Positions 38,900 through 48,670 of a DNA stretch of 64,000 nt are shown piece by piece. Origin of the DNA: an uncultured Alphaproteobacteria bacterium (GTDB taxonomy: Bacteria > Pseudomonadota > Alphaproteobacteria > Rhizobiales > Xanthobacteraceae). The stretch spans positions 768,072 to 832,071 of the forward strand of contig CAVSAO010000001.1 in assembly GCA_963725985.1 (NCBI GenBank), written 5' to 3'. Made by a program: the position numbers and the translations under genes. Within the stretch, counting starts at the first letter, position 1. Each line of letters opens with the position of its first letter. A model generated the notes under the pieces. The model saw nothing but the letters and a program-made list of their open reading frames with translations, was not told where the DNA came from and searched no databases.

Positions 38900-39136
38900 C
38901 TACGCAGCGTCGGCGATCGGCTCCTGCTCGCTCTTCTCTTCGCTCTTCCTGGACTTTACGATCGGAGCGGCGGCCGGCGACTTTTTCGACGGCTTGCCGT
39001 ATTGCGTCAGTCTTTCCATTTCGGCTTCGAGCTCGGCCTGTCGCGCGGCGACCTTTTCCGCCAACTTTTCGATCGCCCTGTCGCGCAACGTGGCGAGTTC
39101 TTCGATGTTCAGTGAATCCAGATCGATTTTTGCCAT
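38900..39136 (-). CDS. Small protein resembling the H-NS N-terminal oligomerisation region only
   Basis: AGGAGG RBS; MAKIDLDSLNIEELATLRDRAIEKLAEKVAARQAELEAEMERL followed by a Lys-rich tail with no TWxGxGR motif. Confidence 0.6.
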   Translation of the reverse strand: MAKIDLDSLNIEELATLRDRAIEKLAEKVAARQAELEAEMERLTQYGKPSKKSPAAAPIVKSRKSEEKSEQEPIADAA

Positions 39137-39335
39137 GCAGTCCTCCTGTTTCTTTTCGCTACCGGGAAGGCGTGCGGGCCACAAGCACGGCGCCGATCTT
39201 TTTTTCACTGCGGCCGATCTTATCCACCGTGAACGTTGAACGAGTGAGGCATTCGCAATCCTGCACCAGTCAGTCCTCATTCGCGCCCCAATCGCGGTTG
39301 TCATTGAATCCGGGACACGAATCAAAAGGGTAGGC

Positions 39336-39493
39336 ATGACCGAACAGCAAGACAGCGCCGCGTCGGAGCGGGAAGAAATCGCCGCACGCATCGCGAGCTT
39401 CAAAGCACGCAAGAAAAATTCCAGCGCGAGCGCGAGGAATATTTCGTCACCACGCTGGAAAACGCGCGCGAGCGCCCGCCGTTCTGGTCTTGA
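39336..39493 (+). CDS. Small hypothetical protein, apparent frameshift near 39406
   Basis: EREEIAARIASFKA continues in another frame as TQEKFQREREEYFVTTLENARERPPFWS*. Confidence 0.55.
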
Positions 39494-39518
39494 CGCGACT
39501 GTTCAGGCGCGCCGAAGG

Positions 39519-39549
39519 AAAATGCCCGGAGCGACGCTCCGGGCTTTTT
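39519..39549. terminator. Probable bidirectional intrinsic terminator
   Basis: AAAAT-GCCCGGAGC-GAC-GCTCCGGGC-TTTTT between convergent genes. Confidence 0.7.
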
Positions 39550-39559
39550 CCATTATCTA

Positions 39560-39844
39560 TCACCAGTAATGGCGCCAGTAGCGGTGCCGATAATACGGCC
39601 GGTAATAGGCATAGGGCCCGTCGTAATAGGCCGGCCCGTAGTAACGAGGGCCGTAATAGCCATAGCCCGGCCCGTAGTAGTATGGCCCGTACGCACTGGC
39701 GGCGGCGCCGGCGGCGAGTGCGCCTGCGGCGAGGCCAAACGCCAGTCCGGGGCCGATGCCCCGCGCTTCAGCCGGCGCGGGCGCGGCTACGGTGGTCGCG
39801 GCAAGCGCGCCGGCCGTAGCCAGAACAGCTAAGGTCTTTTTCAT
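39560..39844 (-). CDS. Secreted Gly/Tyr/Pro-rich small protein
   Basis: Signal peptide ending AEA, GLAAGALA and YYGP repeats. Confidence 0.8.
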   Translation of the reverse strand: MKKTLAVLATAGALAATTVAAPAPAEARGIGPGLAFGLAAGALAAGAAASAYGPYYYGPGYGYYGPRYYGPAYYDGPYAYYRPYYRHRYWRHYW

Positions 39845-39951
39845 GCGCATCTCCTCCATAGAGTACGCGTGCATAACGCAGACGTCTTTTATTGGTTTCC
39901 GCGGAACCGGCTTTCCTGCCGAGACCTGTGGCAGCGGCGCCAATCGGCATC

Positions 39952-39985
39952 AAAAAAGAGCGGCTCGTGAGAGCTGCTCTTTTTT
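39952..39985 (-). terminator. Intrinsic terminator after the BA14K gene
   Basis: AAAAAAGAGCGGCT-CGTGAG-AGCTGCTCTTTTTT. Confidence 0.75.
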
Positions 39986-40005
39986 GGTTCCTTCGTGACG
40001 ACGAT

Positions 40006-40524
40006 TTACTCGCCGCAGGGATGGCGCAGACCGTCATAGCCGAGATAGGTTCCGGACGCCGGGTCATAGGACCTGTAGCGCTGCGCGCAATAGGCGGGGT
40101 CGGCGACGACGCTCGACACCACATAGCCGGGATATTCGTTGTCGTATGCGTTGGAGGCGTAGTCGTCGTAATAGTACGGGTCATAGTAGCCATAACCCAG
40201 CGCGCTACCCGCCGCTAATCCGGCAGCAAAGCCGAAACCCGGGCCGAAGCGATGCTGGCGAAAGCCGCGACCGCCCGAATATCCGCCTTGTACAAACTGC
40301 CCGCCGCTGCGTCCGGCGAAACTTCCGCCGCTCACTGTGGCTGCCGGGGCGGCGCCGATACTCGCTTGAGCGCCACGGAAAGCGCCGCTGCTGACGTGCA
40401 TCCCGCCTCCCATGCCGGCAGCGCGTACACCTCCGCCGCCACCGCGTTCGGCGGCCAAGGCCGGGGCTGCGACGGCCAAGGTGAGGGACAGAGCCGTTAC
40501 GCTGAGAATACCAAGTTTCGACAT
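40006..40524 (-). CDS. BA14K family protein
   Basis: C-terminal YCAQRYRSYDPASGTYLGYDGLRHPC. Confidence 0.92.
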   Translation of the reverse strand: MSKLGILSVTALSLTLAVAAPALAAERGGGGGVRAAGMGGGMHVSSGAFRGAQASIGAAPAATVSGGSFAGRSGGQFVQGGYSGGRGFRQHRFGPGFGFAAGLAAGSALGYGYYDPYYYDDYASNAYDNEYPGYVVSSVVADPAYCAQRYRSYDPASGTYLGYDGLRHPCGE

Positions 40525-40863
40525 TTGCGCTTCTCCACAAGCTTCTCCAAAAGAACGTATCGAGCCAACATCAGCGTCAATCGATCGTTCCGGTATTTGC
40601 GGGGCTATTGCAAACTTGTGATTGGGATTGCCGCAGGGCGCTGATGCACACGTTTTGCCGCGGGAACGCGCGGAACAATTCGAGCCCGCCTAAAGAACTT
40701 TAGAACTTTCTTCCAGCCTGGAACGAAAAATCCGCGACGAAGTTGCCGCCGTACAACCGGCAATCATCGAGAGCATGAAAGACCCCGTCAGCACCTTCGG
40801 GTGCTGGCGGGGTTTTCAGTTCATGGGCGGCCCAGCGGCAATGACGCTTCGCCGATATTCACC

Positions 40864-41103
40864 TTACAAAAAGCCTGACGTGCCATTTCTTGCGCGTTCA
40901 AGCTGCCCGATCTTGCGATCGAAAAACCGGACTTCCACGTCGCAGCCGTCGATATACTGGCGCGCGGCCTTCAAGGCCTCCTCGTCTGCCCTGATGCTTC
41001 CGTCCCGGTGGCGATCGATGCGATCCTTCATGCAGAGGGACAAATAACCGAGAAATTCAGAACAAGTTATCCGCAGCATATTCACAGGTAGGAACTCGGG
41101 CAT
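40864..41103 (-). CDS. Hypothetical protein, possibly degenerate
   Basis: ADEEALKAARQYIDGCDVEV resembles small rhizobial hypothetical proteins; start uncertain. Confidence 0.35.
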   Translation of the reverse strand: MPEFLPVNMLRITCSEFLGYLSLCMKDRIDRHRDGSIRADEEALKAARQYIDGCDVEVRFFDRKIGQLERARNGTSGFL

Positions 41104-41367
41104 TTCCGCTGCGCCGCTCGGGACTTGCTGCGCACAAAAACCGAGTTATCCGGCCACGCAGGGGTGCGGCTAACAAGCCCGCCCGGCTCCACGTTGGCGA
41201 ACGTCTCCATTACTTGCTCAAGGCGAAGGCCAGCACGATCGTATCGGGCGTCTGCCTGAACTCTTTCACAACGACGTCGCCCTGGCCCTGCCCCCACCCG
41301 CATTTTGCTGCTATTGAACTTCCCGAAACCAACCAATCTCTTCAATACCTCAAGGGAGCAAGAAAAC

Positions 41368-41817
41368 ATGCGTTATCTCCACACCATGCTGCGGGTCCGC
41401 AATCTCGATGCCGCGCTGAAATTCTATCAGGACGCCTTGGGATTGAAGGAAGTCCGCCGGGTCGACAACGACAAGGGCAAATTCACGCTGGTGTTTCTGT
41501 GCGCCCCCGAGGACGAAGGGCTCCTGAAAGCGTCCAAGGGACGCGGCGCGCCGCTGGTCGAGCTCACCTACAATTGGGACGAGGAAAAATACGGCGAGGA
41601 CCGCTATTTCGGCCACCTCGCCTACGAGGTCGACGACATCTACGCGACCTGCGACCGGCTGATGAAGCTCGGCATCACCATCAACCGCCCGCCGCGCGAC
41701 GGCCAGATGGCGTTCGTGCGCTCGCCGGATCTGCATTCGATCGAGCTGTTGCAGAAGGGCGATGCCAAGCCGCCGGCGGAGCCGTGGACCTCGATGCCGA
41801 ACACCGGTCACTGGTAA
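41368..41817 (+). CDS. gloA: Lactoylglutathione lyase (glyoxalase I)
   Basis: YLHTMLRV, ELTYNW, FGHLAY and SPD..SIEL motifs. Confidence 0.92.
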   Translation: MRYLHTMLRVRNLDAALKFYQDALGLKEVRRVDNDKGKFTLVFLCAPEDEGLLKASKGRGAPLVELTYNWDEEKYGEDRYFGHLAYEVDDIYATCDRLMKLGITINRPPRDGQMAFVRSPDLHSIELLQKGDAKPPAEPWTSMPNTGHW

Positions 41818-42136
41818 GCCTTGTACAGCGCAGTCCCGGCATTCCGGCTGCCGGCTGGTGATCTCTGCGGATGCGCCGTTTCCATCGGGCGCATCCGAGA
41901 CCGATTGGCGCCATACAAACGACCGCGAAGCCAGCGACGTCAATGCGCAAGTGCGCGAGGCCGTCGATCGGGACGGCTATTCGCTGTTCGAAATCGGATT
42001 ATCGCTTTTCCGAAATTCCGAAGCCCGGCTGAGGCGGGTGGCGTTCCGCATGGCGGCGGGGAAGCAACATCCGAAAGTCCCGTTCACGATCGGTGAACCT
42101 TTTGCCGTCAGATTCGACCTACATCTGAGGTACCGC

Positions 42137-42307
42137 ATGACCCAAGCTCAGCACTATAAATTTCAGGCCGACCAGGCCAAGCGCCTGGCCCGCCAGGTCA
42201 CCGATTCAGAAGTGCGGGAGAGGCTCCTGGAGATGGCTGGGGAGTACAGCCGCTACGCCGAGCTCATGGAAGCCCGCGAACGGCCACGCGAACAGGCCCT
42301 GGGCTGA
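42137..42307 (+). CDS. Small hypothetical protein
   Basis: GAGG RBS; MTQAQHYKFQADQAKRLARQVTDSEVRERLLEMAGEY... Confidence 0.7.
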   Translation: MTQAQHYKFQADQAKRLARQVTDSEVRERLLEMAGEYSRYAELMEARERPREQALG

Positions 42308-42421
42308 TCTTTGGTCCCCGGTCACAGGTAAAGAAGTCTTCCCGTTCCAGAGGCGGCGCGCGCGTTTTCGCCAAAATTCCGATATGACCTGCAGGAAGCG
42401 GATCATCGGGAGCGAAATATC

Positions 42422-43071
42422 GTGCCGAACAGCAATCAGGGACAACTGACGATTTGGGGCCGGGCCAATTCGGTCAACGTGCAGAAAGTGCTGTGGTGCC
42501 TGCGCGAACTCGATCTCGCCTACGAGCGCATCGATGCCGGCATGGCGTTCGGCAGAAACCACGATCCCGATTATCTCGCGATGAATCCCAACGCGCGGGT
42601 GCCGACCCTGGTGGACGGCGATTTCGTGCTCTGGGAATCCAATTCGATCATGCGCTATCTCGTGCTCGCCTACGGCAAGGGATCGCCGATCTATCCCGAC
42701 GGCGCCGAAACTGCGCGCCGGCGTCGACCGCTGGCTGGACTGGACGCTTTCAACGCTGCAGCCGGTCGATCGGCCGGTGTTCTGGGCGCTGGTGCGAACC
42801 CCGGTCGAGCAGCGCGACATGGCCGCGATCCAGAAGGACGCCGACGCCGAAGCCGTGCAATGGCGCATCGTCGACAGTCAATTGGCGACGCCGGCGCTTC
42901 ATCGAAGGCGATGACTTCACCATCGCCGATATCGCGCTCGGCGCCTATGCGAGGCGCTGGTTCGGGGTCGAAGGCATCAGCAAACCAAAGCTCGCCCATC
43001 TCGAACGCTGGTTCGCGCAGTTCGCGGACCGGCCGGGATTTAAGCAGTTCATCGCGCCGCCGATGTCGTGA
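42422..43071 (+). CDS. Glutathione S-transferase (GstB-like), two apparent +1 frameshifts (~42701, ~42891)
   Basis: [20 protein letters not shown] and LWESNSI, then [12 protein letters not shown] in the final frame. Confidence 0.85.
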
Positions 43072-43080
43072 TCCGGACAG

Positions 43081-43245
43081 CTAGAAGAAGCCCGACCGCT
43101 CGAACAGCACAACGCAAATGATCACGGCAAGCGTGATCGCCGTCACCGCGAGCCGCACGGTCCAGCTCATGCTGCGGCTCACCCACCACAACAGCGCGCA
43201 ACTCATCACGACGGGAACGATGATATCGAGCTGCGCGGGGCCCAT
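43081..43245 (-). CDS. Small two-TM membrane protein
   Basis: [21 protein letters not shown]...[10 protein letters not shown]. Confidence 0.55.
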   Translation of the reverse strand: MGPAQLDIIVPVVMSCALLWWVSRSMSWTVRLAVTAITLAVIICVVLFERSGFF

Positions 43246-43256
43246 CCCGATGCCGC

Positions 43257-43510
43257 TCAGCGCCAGCTGCTGGAAGTGCCGGCCCCGATGCTGATCGGCG
43301 CCGCCGATCTTCACGCAGGTGTCGGTGCCGTCGACCTTGACGAAACCCGGACCGAAGGCCGCGCAGGCATTGCTCGGTCACGGCACCCTTCAGCGGCAGC
43401 AACCTGCCTCGGGATGCGGGTTTGTCGGGCTTATGAGTGCTGGGTGGCTCGGCCAGCGCTGACGAGGCCGGCAGCGCCGCGATGACGATGGCAAGAAGGA
43501 TGTTTCGCAT
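43257..43510 (-). CDS. Small secreted protein with an alphaproteobacterial-porin-like N-terminal motif, frameshifted
   Basis: MRNILLAIVIAALPASSALA... then, in a shifted frame, NACAAFGPGFVKVDGTDTCVKIGG. End coordinate approximate. Confidence 0.5.
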
Positions 43511-43541
43511 CCCGCCTTTTATCGCGTGCGACCGGCTTGCG

Positions 43542-43802
43542 CTACCGGACGAACTTGACGCCAGACCGACTTTCCGCGACGCCAGACCACTTCGCAGTTC
43601 CGTCCCGTTCTGGCGTCGCGCGAAAACGCCAGCCGCAATTTGGCAGGCAGCGAGTTGGGATCGTCGATCGTGATCTTGGCGCCCGTGCGCGGACATATCC
43701 TGCACCACGCATGGGCGCGCCGCGAAGCCGCCTTCGAAGCGTGATCCAGCCGGGCTGCTGTAGCGATTTGCGCGGTTCCCGCTTCTTGTTTGCTGCGGCC
43801 AT
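43542..43802 (-). CDS. Stand-alone PilZ domain protein, three apparent +1 insertions
   Basis: KREPRK (RxxxR), CVVQDMS..GA (DxSxxG) and CEVVWRRG...GVKF spread over three frames. Confidence 0.75.
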   Translation of the reverse strand: MAAANKKREPRKSLQQPGWITLRRRLRGAPMRGAGYVRARAPRSRSTIPTRCLPNCGWRFRATPERDGTAKWSGVAESRSGVKFVR

Positions 43803-44115
43803 TTCAGTTGCTCCTGAGCTCCCGTGCCGTATCTCACAGGCTTTAAAAACCGTTGCGAACGCATCAGTATTCCCGGTTGCCCGCCAGGCGCGGGACATGC
43901 CGCTCGATCGGCCCCCAAAACAGGCGGTTTCCGGTGGCTTGCCCGGCCGCGCAAACGCCACTATACGTTCGCCCGCCGCCCCCGGACCGATTCGCCGCGG
44001 TCCGGGTTCGGCACGGCGCCATCGCAGCCTCAAAGCGTTGATTTGCCGGAAGTTTGTGACCAAAGCGAAACGGCAATGCCGCGGCCCGGTCGGTCGTGGC
44101 GGGACAGACGTCTTC

Positions 44116-44190
44116 GCTCCCTTCGTCTATCGGTTAGGACGCCACCCTTTCACGGTGGAGAGAGCGGTTCGATTCCGCTAGGGAGCGCCA
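44116..44190 (+). tRNA. tRNA-Glu (TTC)
   Basis: GCTCCCTTCGTCTATCGGTTAGGACGCCACCCTTTCACGGTGGAGAGAGCGGTTCGATTCCGCTAGGGAGCGCCA; anticodon TTC, encoded CCA. Confidence 0.97.
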
Positions 44191-44238
44191 GCATTTCTCG
44201 TCCTCCGGAAACCTCGCTGCAGGCAGACCACCCGTTGC

Positions 44239-44463
44239 TCAGTGGTGACGTCGGCCCCAGTGGATGGCGGCCCAGACCCGCTCGTGAAGATAGTACCAGG
44301 CGATCTTGGTTACGATCTCGAGACCGGCGATCGAGCCCGCGATCTCGACCCTGCCGGTCAGGAGCCAGCTGATCGCAAACGTGTCGAGCGTTCCCAGCGT
44401 CCGCCAACTGAGGGCCTTGAGGACCGACCGTGCGTGCGTCTCTGCTCCGCGGAATAAAACCAC
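44239..44463 (-). CDS. DUF2061 domain membrane protein
   Basis: ETHARSVLKALSWR...YYLHERVW. Confidence 0.88.
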   Translation of the reverse strand: MVLFRGAETHARSVLKALSWRTLGTLDTFAISWLLTGRVEIAGSIAGLEIVTKIAWYYLHERVWAAIHWGRRHH

Positions 44464-44681
44464 CCGGTGCGCCTCCCGTCCATCGATGACGGAACTTATC
44501 ACGCTGCCGCCTGGTGCGGCCTGCCCCCCGCAGCATGTCGCAGGCCGGAAAACACCGATGGACATGGCGCGCGATTACGTGCATTTTGCTTGCAGAAACT
44601 TGGAAAACTCCTTGATTTAGCTGAGTAATCTCGGAGCCGCGACGCTTGCCGGCCGATCTTCAATGGCGAAAAGGGGTTGAA

Positions 44682-44952
44682 ATGAGACTGTTTGCCGCTC
44701 TTGTCGCGCTTTGCGCGCTCTGCCAGACTGCGATCGCGCAAACGCCGGAATGCAAATCGATATCGAACCCAGGCGCCAGGCTGGCCTGCTACGACAAGGC
44801 CGCCCCGCCGGCCTGCGTCATCGGCAACCGCCAAGCCGCCGTTGCGAGCTGCTCCCGTTTCGAAAGCCGACGGCGCAAAATATGTGGATTCGATCGGCGC
44901 CGAAGACGCGCTCGTGAATGCGCGGCTGAAAAATATCTGCAGGGGTTGTTGA
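44682..44952 (+). CDS. Small secreted protein ending in ICRGC, apparent frameshift near 44815
   Basis: Signal peptide and CKSI...RLACYD, then in the adjacent frame EDALVNARLKNICRGC*. Confidence 0.7.
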
Positions 44953-45062
44953 GCGGCTGATGCGGCGGGACCCAGGTTCGGGCGGATAGCTCGCCCGCGG
45001 CTTGCGGCCGCACCCCTGCGCGTTTCGAACAGCGAGCGAAAAATGGCATATTTGCCATCCCG

Positions 45063-46101
45063 ATGAATCTCCTTGCATCCCTTCCGACCGTCATCGGAAC
45101 CGCCGCGGTGGCGCCCGCGCTGCTGATATTGTGGCTGGTGATCGCCGCCGGCGAACGCCCCGGTCCGCCCGCCAAGGTCTGGACCGCGTTTTTCCTGGGC
45201 GCCGCCAGCATTTCGCTGCTGGGCGTGGCGCGCGCGCCGTTCGCCTCGCTCCTCGCAAGCCCCGAAAACCCCTGGGTTGCGCAGGCCCTGCATTCGGTAT
45301 TCGGGGTCGCTCTCCCCGAGGAAGCCGTCAAAATTCTCGTCATCGTCGCCGTCTCGGCCCGGCGGCGGCCGTTCGCGGATCCGATGGACACCGTGGTCTA
45401 CGGCGCGGCGGCGGGGCTCGGCTTTGCAGCTTACGAAAACCTCGCTTATCTCGTGCAGCATGCGGAGATGTGGCGATCGCTGGCCGCGTTGCGCAGCGTG
45501 CTGACCGTGCCGTTCCACGGCGCGCTCGGCATCATCGCCGGCGCCTATCTTGCGATCGGCGCGATCCGGCACCGCGCTTGGCGCGCACCGGCATCACCGC
45601 GACTGGGCGCGGATCTCAAGCCGCATTCTGATGCTGTTGGCCCCGCTGGCGCTGCATGCGGGTTTCGATTTCCCGCTGCTGACGCTGCAGCAAAACCCCG
45701 ATATCGATGCCTCCACCAGGCTGATGCTGGGAGCGGCGAGCGTGCTGATCGGGTTCAGCTCAATCGCGTTTGCCGTGCGCCTGGTGCGGCGGGTCGGCCG
45801 TCATCACGCGCCCCGCACCGAAATCGCCCGCGAGCGGCTAAGCCAGTTGCGGCGGATGTGGGCGCTGCTGGTGGTGGGCGGCGGCGCCGGATTTATCGGC
45901 CTGGCCTTCGTGCTGACATCGATCCACCACTGGCTGGTCAATCCCGAACGCAACGTGGCGCTCGTTCTCGTTCCGATCGGCCTGACCTCGATCCTGATCG
46001 GCAGCGCGCTGTTGCTGGTGACCACGGCGATCTACATTCTCGGCCGCAACCGGATGCGCACCGCTGCCTCGGGCTTTTCGTCCGCGCCCGGCCAGGGCTG
46101 A
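45063..46101 (+). CDS. PrsW-family glutamic-type intramembrane protease, apparent frameshift near 45558
   Basis: PEEAVK, GFAAYEN and PFHG, then LHAGFD in the next frame. Confidence 0.85.
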
Positions 46102-46170
46102 CGCGTTTTCTTGATGCGAACCGGTCTCGACCCCGCATCAAGTGCGGGGCAGGCTTTCGCTTGAAAACGT
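46099..46170. repeat. Rhizobial intergenic mosaic/REP-like element
   Basis: GACGCGTTTTCTTGATGCGAACCGGT...CGCTTGAAAACG with inserted hairpin CCCCGCA-TCAAG-TGCGGGG; same family as 35530-35580. Confidence 0.7.
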
Positions 46171-46294
46171 GCCAGCCCGGCAGCGTTTTGCGCGCACCAC
46201 GTCTGCGAACAAAGTGGCCCCAGCGGTGTCGCGGCAAGCTATATTGAGGCGTCATATCGCGTCATTCTGCGTTGCCGGCATCGGGAGATTTGCA

Positions 46295-46868
46295 ATGACC
46301 CTTCCCCAGGACATCACCAAGCTGCAATCCAAAATGAGCGCCGCGGTGCGCGAGCATTGGAAGGCCTTTTTGATCGAAGGCATCCTGCTCGTCGTCCTCG
46401 GGCCTCGCCGCCATGATCGTGCCGCCGCTCGCGAGCCTTGCCGTCACGATCTTTCTGGGCTGGATGTTTCTGATCTCCGGCGTCGCCGGACTGGCGCTGA
46501 CGTTCTGGGCGCGGCAAATGCCGGGCTTCTGGTGGTCGCTGATTTCGGCGGCGCTGGCGATTGGCGCCGGCATCATCCTGCTGGCGAGGCCGCTGCAGGG
46601 CACGCTGACCCTCACGATCGTGATCGGCGCCTATTTCCTGGCCGAGGGGGTCGCGACCATCATGTATGCGCTGGAGCATCGCCGCGAATTGTCCGAGCGC
46701 TGGAGCTGGATGCTGTTCTCCGGCGTATTGGACATCCTGATTGCCGCCATGATCATCACCGGGCTTCCGGGCTCGGCGGAATGGGCGATCGGACTTCTGG
46801 TCGGCATCAATCTCCTGTTCGGCGGCGCCTCGCTGATCGGCGTGGCGTTCGCCGCGCGCAAGGGCTGA
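46295..46868 (+). CDS. HdeD/DUF308 family membrane protein, apparent frameshift near 46402
   Basis: W..FLIEGILLVVLG start, six TM helices and WAIGLLVGINL. Confidence 0.85.
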
Positions 46869-46931
46869 ACCCAACCCAGCTGGCCCGATTTTGAGGATGA
46901 CAGGTCACATCGCGTGCGCTATAGACGGACC

Positions 46932-47012
46932 ATGATCACCATCGCCTCCAGCTATTATTGGTATTTTAGCTTCGACAGCTCGCTGGCGGCGGGAGGATCA
47001 CGCTCAATCTGA
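46932..47012 (+). CDS. Putative attenuator leader peptide rich in Tyr/Trp/Phe (26 aa)
   Basis: MITIASSYYWYFSFDSSLAAGGSRSI* immediately upstream of a terminator and the DAHP synthase gene. Confidence 0.85.
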   Translation: MITIASSYYWYFSFDSSLAAGGSRSI

Positions 47013-47036
47013 AGAATTGCAGCAGGAAGTCCGAAC

Positions 47037-47064
47037 AGCCGCCCGACTTGGCGGCTTTTTGTTT
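47037..47064 (+). terminator. Attenuator terminator hairpin in the DAHP synthase leader
   Basis: AGCCGCC-CGACTT-GGCGGCT-TTTTGTTT, about 35 nt before the start codon. Confidence 0.85.
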
Positions 47065-47097
47065 GGCCGGCAGGTCCCCAAAACAGGAGCCACAGCC

Positions 47098-48183
47098 GTG
47101 TTGAGCACGACAGACGATCTTCGAATAAAGGCAATCAAAGAGCTGAGTACGCCGGAAGAGGTGATGCGCGAAATACCGCGGACCTTGACCGCGACGCGAG
47201 TTGTGATGGCGGCACGCAACGCCATCCACGCCATCCTGAACGGGATCGACGATCGGCTTCTCGTCGTCGTCGGACCGTGTTCGGTCCACGATCCCGTTGC
47301 AGCCGTGGATTACGCCGCGCGCCTCGCGGCTTTGCGCGAATTGCTCGCCGACCGGATCGAGATCGTCATGCGCGTCTATTTCGAGAAGCCGCGCACAACG
47401 GTGGGATGGAAGGGGCTGATCAACGATCCGGACCTTGATGGCAGCTTCAACATCAACAAGGGCCTGCGTCTCGCCCGCAACGTGCTTTCGGCCGTGAACA
47501 ATCTCGGTCTGCCGGCGGGGACCGAGTTCCTCGACATGACGACGCCGCAATACATCGCCGATCTGGTTGCATGGGCGGCGATCGGCGCGCGTACGACGGA
47601 GAGCCAAATCCATCGTGAACTCGCTTCCGGACTTTCTTGCCCGGTCGGCTTCAAGAATGGGACCGACGGCAATGTGCGCATCGCCGCTGACGCGGTGAAG
47701 TCGGCATCGCATCCCCACCATTTCATGGCGGTCACGAAGGGGGGACGTTCAGCGATAGCAGCGACGACCGGCAATGAGGACTGCCACATCATTCTGCGTG
47801 GCGGCAGCAGGCCGAATTACGACGCGGCAAGCGTCGCTTCCGCCGCGGCCGAACTCGCCCGTTCAGGCATGACGCAGCGGATGATGGTCGATACCAGTCA
47901 CGCCAACAGCAGCAAGAAGCCGGAGAACCAGCCGCTGGTCGTTGCCGATATCGCTCGCCAGATATCTGACGGCGAGCAGCGCATCGTCGGCGTCATGATC
48001 GAGAGCAACCTGGTTGCAGGCCGCCAGGACGTGGTGCCGGGCACGGCGCTGACCTATGGACAGAGCATTACGGATGGCTGCATTGACTGGAATACGACCG
48101 TGCCAGCCCTGAACCTGCTGGCCGACGCCGTTGCGGCGAGACGGGAAGTGCAGCGCCGCAAATTCCGGGAACGTTCGGCCTAA
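47098..48183 (+). CDS. 3-deoxy-7-phosphoheptulonate (DAHP) synthase, class I-alpha (AroF/G/H type)
   Basis: GPCSVHD, RVYFEKPRTTVGWKG, IGARTTESQ, SHANS and SITDGC motifs. Confidence 0.97.
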   Translation: MLSTTDDLRIKAIKELSTPEEVMREIPRTLTATRVVMAARNAIHAILNGIDDRLLVVVGPCSVHDPVAAVDYAARLAALRELLADRIEIVMRVYFEKPRTTVGWKGLINDPDLDGSFNINKGLRLARNVLSAVNNLGLPAGTEFLDMTTPQYIADLVAWAAIGARTTESQIHRELASGLSCPVGFKNGTDGNVRIAADAVKSASHPHHFMAVTKGGRSAIAATTGNEDCHIILRGGSRPNYDAASVASAAAELARSGMTQRMMVDTSHANSSKKPENQPLVVADIARQISDGEQRIVGVMIESNLVAGRQDVVPGTALTYGQSITDGCIDWNTTVPALNLLADAVAARREVQRRKFRERSA

Positions 48184-48222
48184 AGCTTTTTGTTTTGCCG
48201 CGTTTTCCTTACGCGAGCCGTT

Positions 48223-48254
48223 AGCCACCCCGCCACCCGGGGCGGGGTGGCTTT
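48223..48254. terminator. GC-rich hairpin between convergent genes
   Basis: AGCCACCCCGCC-ACCCGG-GGCGGGGTGGCT-TT. Confidence 0.6.
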
Positions 48255-48320
48255 CGCTCGAAAGCGCTATCGGCGCTTATGCCGATTGAAGGTGATCGGG
48301 GTGTGTCGTGCCGGTGCGCT

Positions 48321-48593
48321 CTAGCAGCCGCGGCAAATGCTCTTGATCTTGCGGTCGAGGACAGCGTCTTCCTTATTCAGCGGCTCGTTCGGATTGCTCA
48401 GATTTTTCTCCGAGGGAACATCGCTGGCGCGCGGTTGCCGGTGGCCGACCGGGGCTTCGCGAATGGACTGGAACTGATTTGCCGCACCCGGCGATCCGGC
48501 GCCGCCTCCGGTCTGCGCGATCGCCGCCGGACCGCCGATCAGGAGCGTTAGCGCCATCGTGGCGATCAATTTTGACGTGAGCATTTTTTGCAT
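48321..48593 (-). CDS. Small secreted protein ending in ICRGC
   Basis: Signal peptide ending AIA, APVGHRQPRASDVP and EDAVLDRKIKSICRGC*. Confidence 0.8.
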   Translation of the reverse strand: MQKMLTSKLIATMALTLLIGGPAAIAQTGGGAGSPGAANQFQSIREAPVGHRQPRASDVPSEKNLSNPNEPLNKEDAVLDRKIKSICRGC

Positions 48594-48670
48594 CTTGCTT
48601 CTCCCAATTCAGAGAATTGCATCTATCGCATCCGATCGGGGACCTCGATCTTTGCGCAATTGCGACGTCC

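Noticed and set aside
40720-40820. EcfG-type promoter (GGAAC-N17-GTT) followed by a hairpin, possible sRNA
   Set aside because: Short motif likely by chance and no clear downstream gene. Kept out of features without transcript data.
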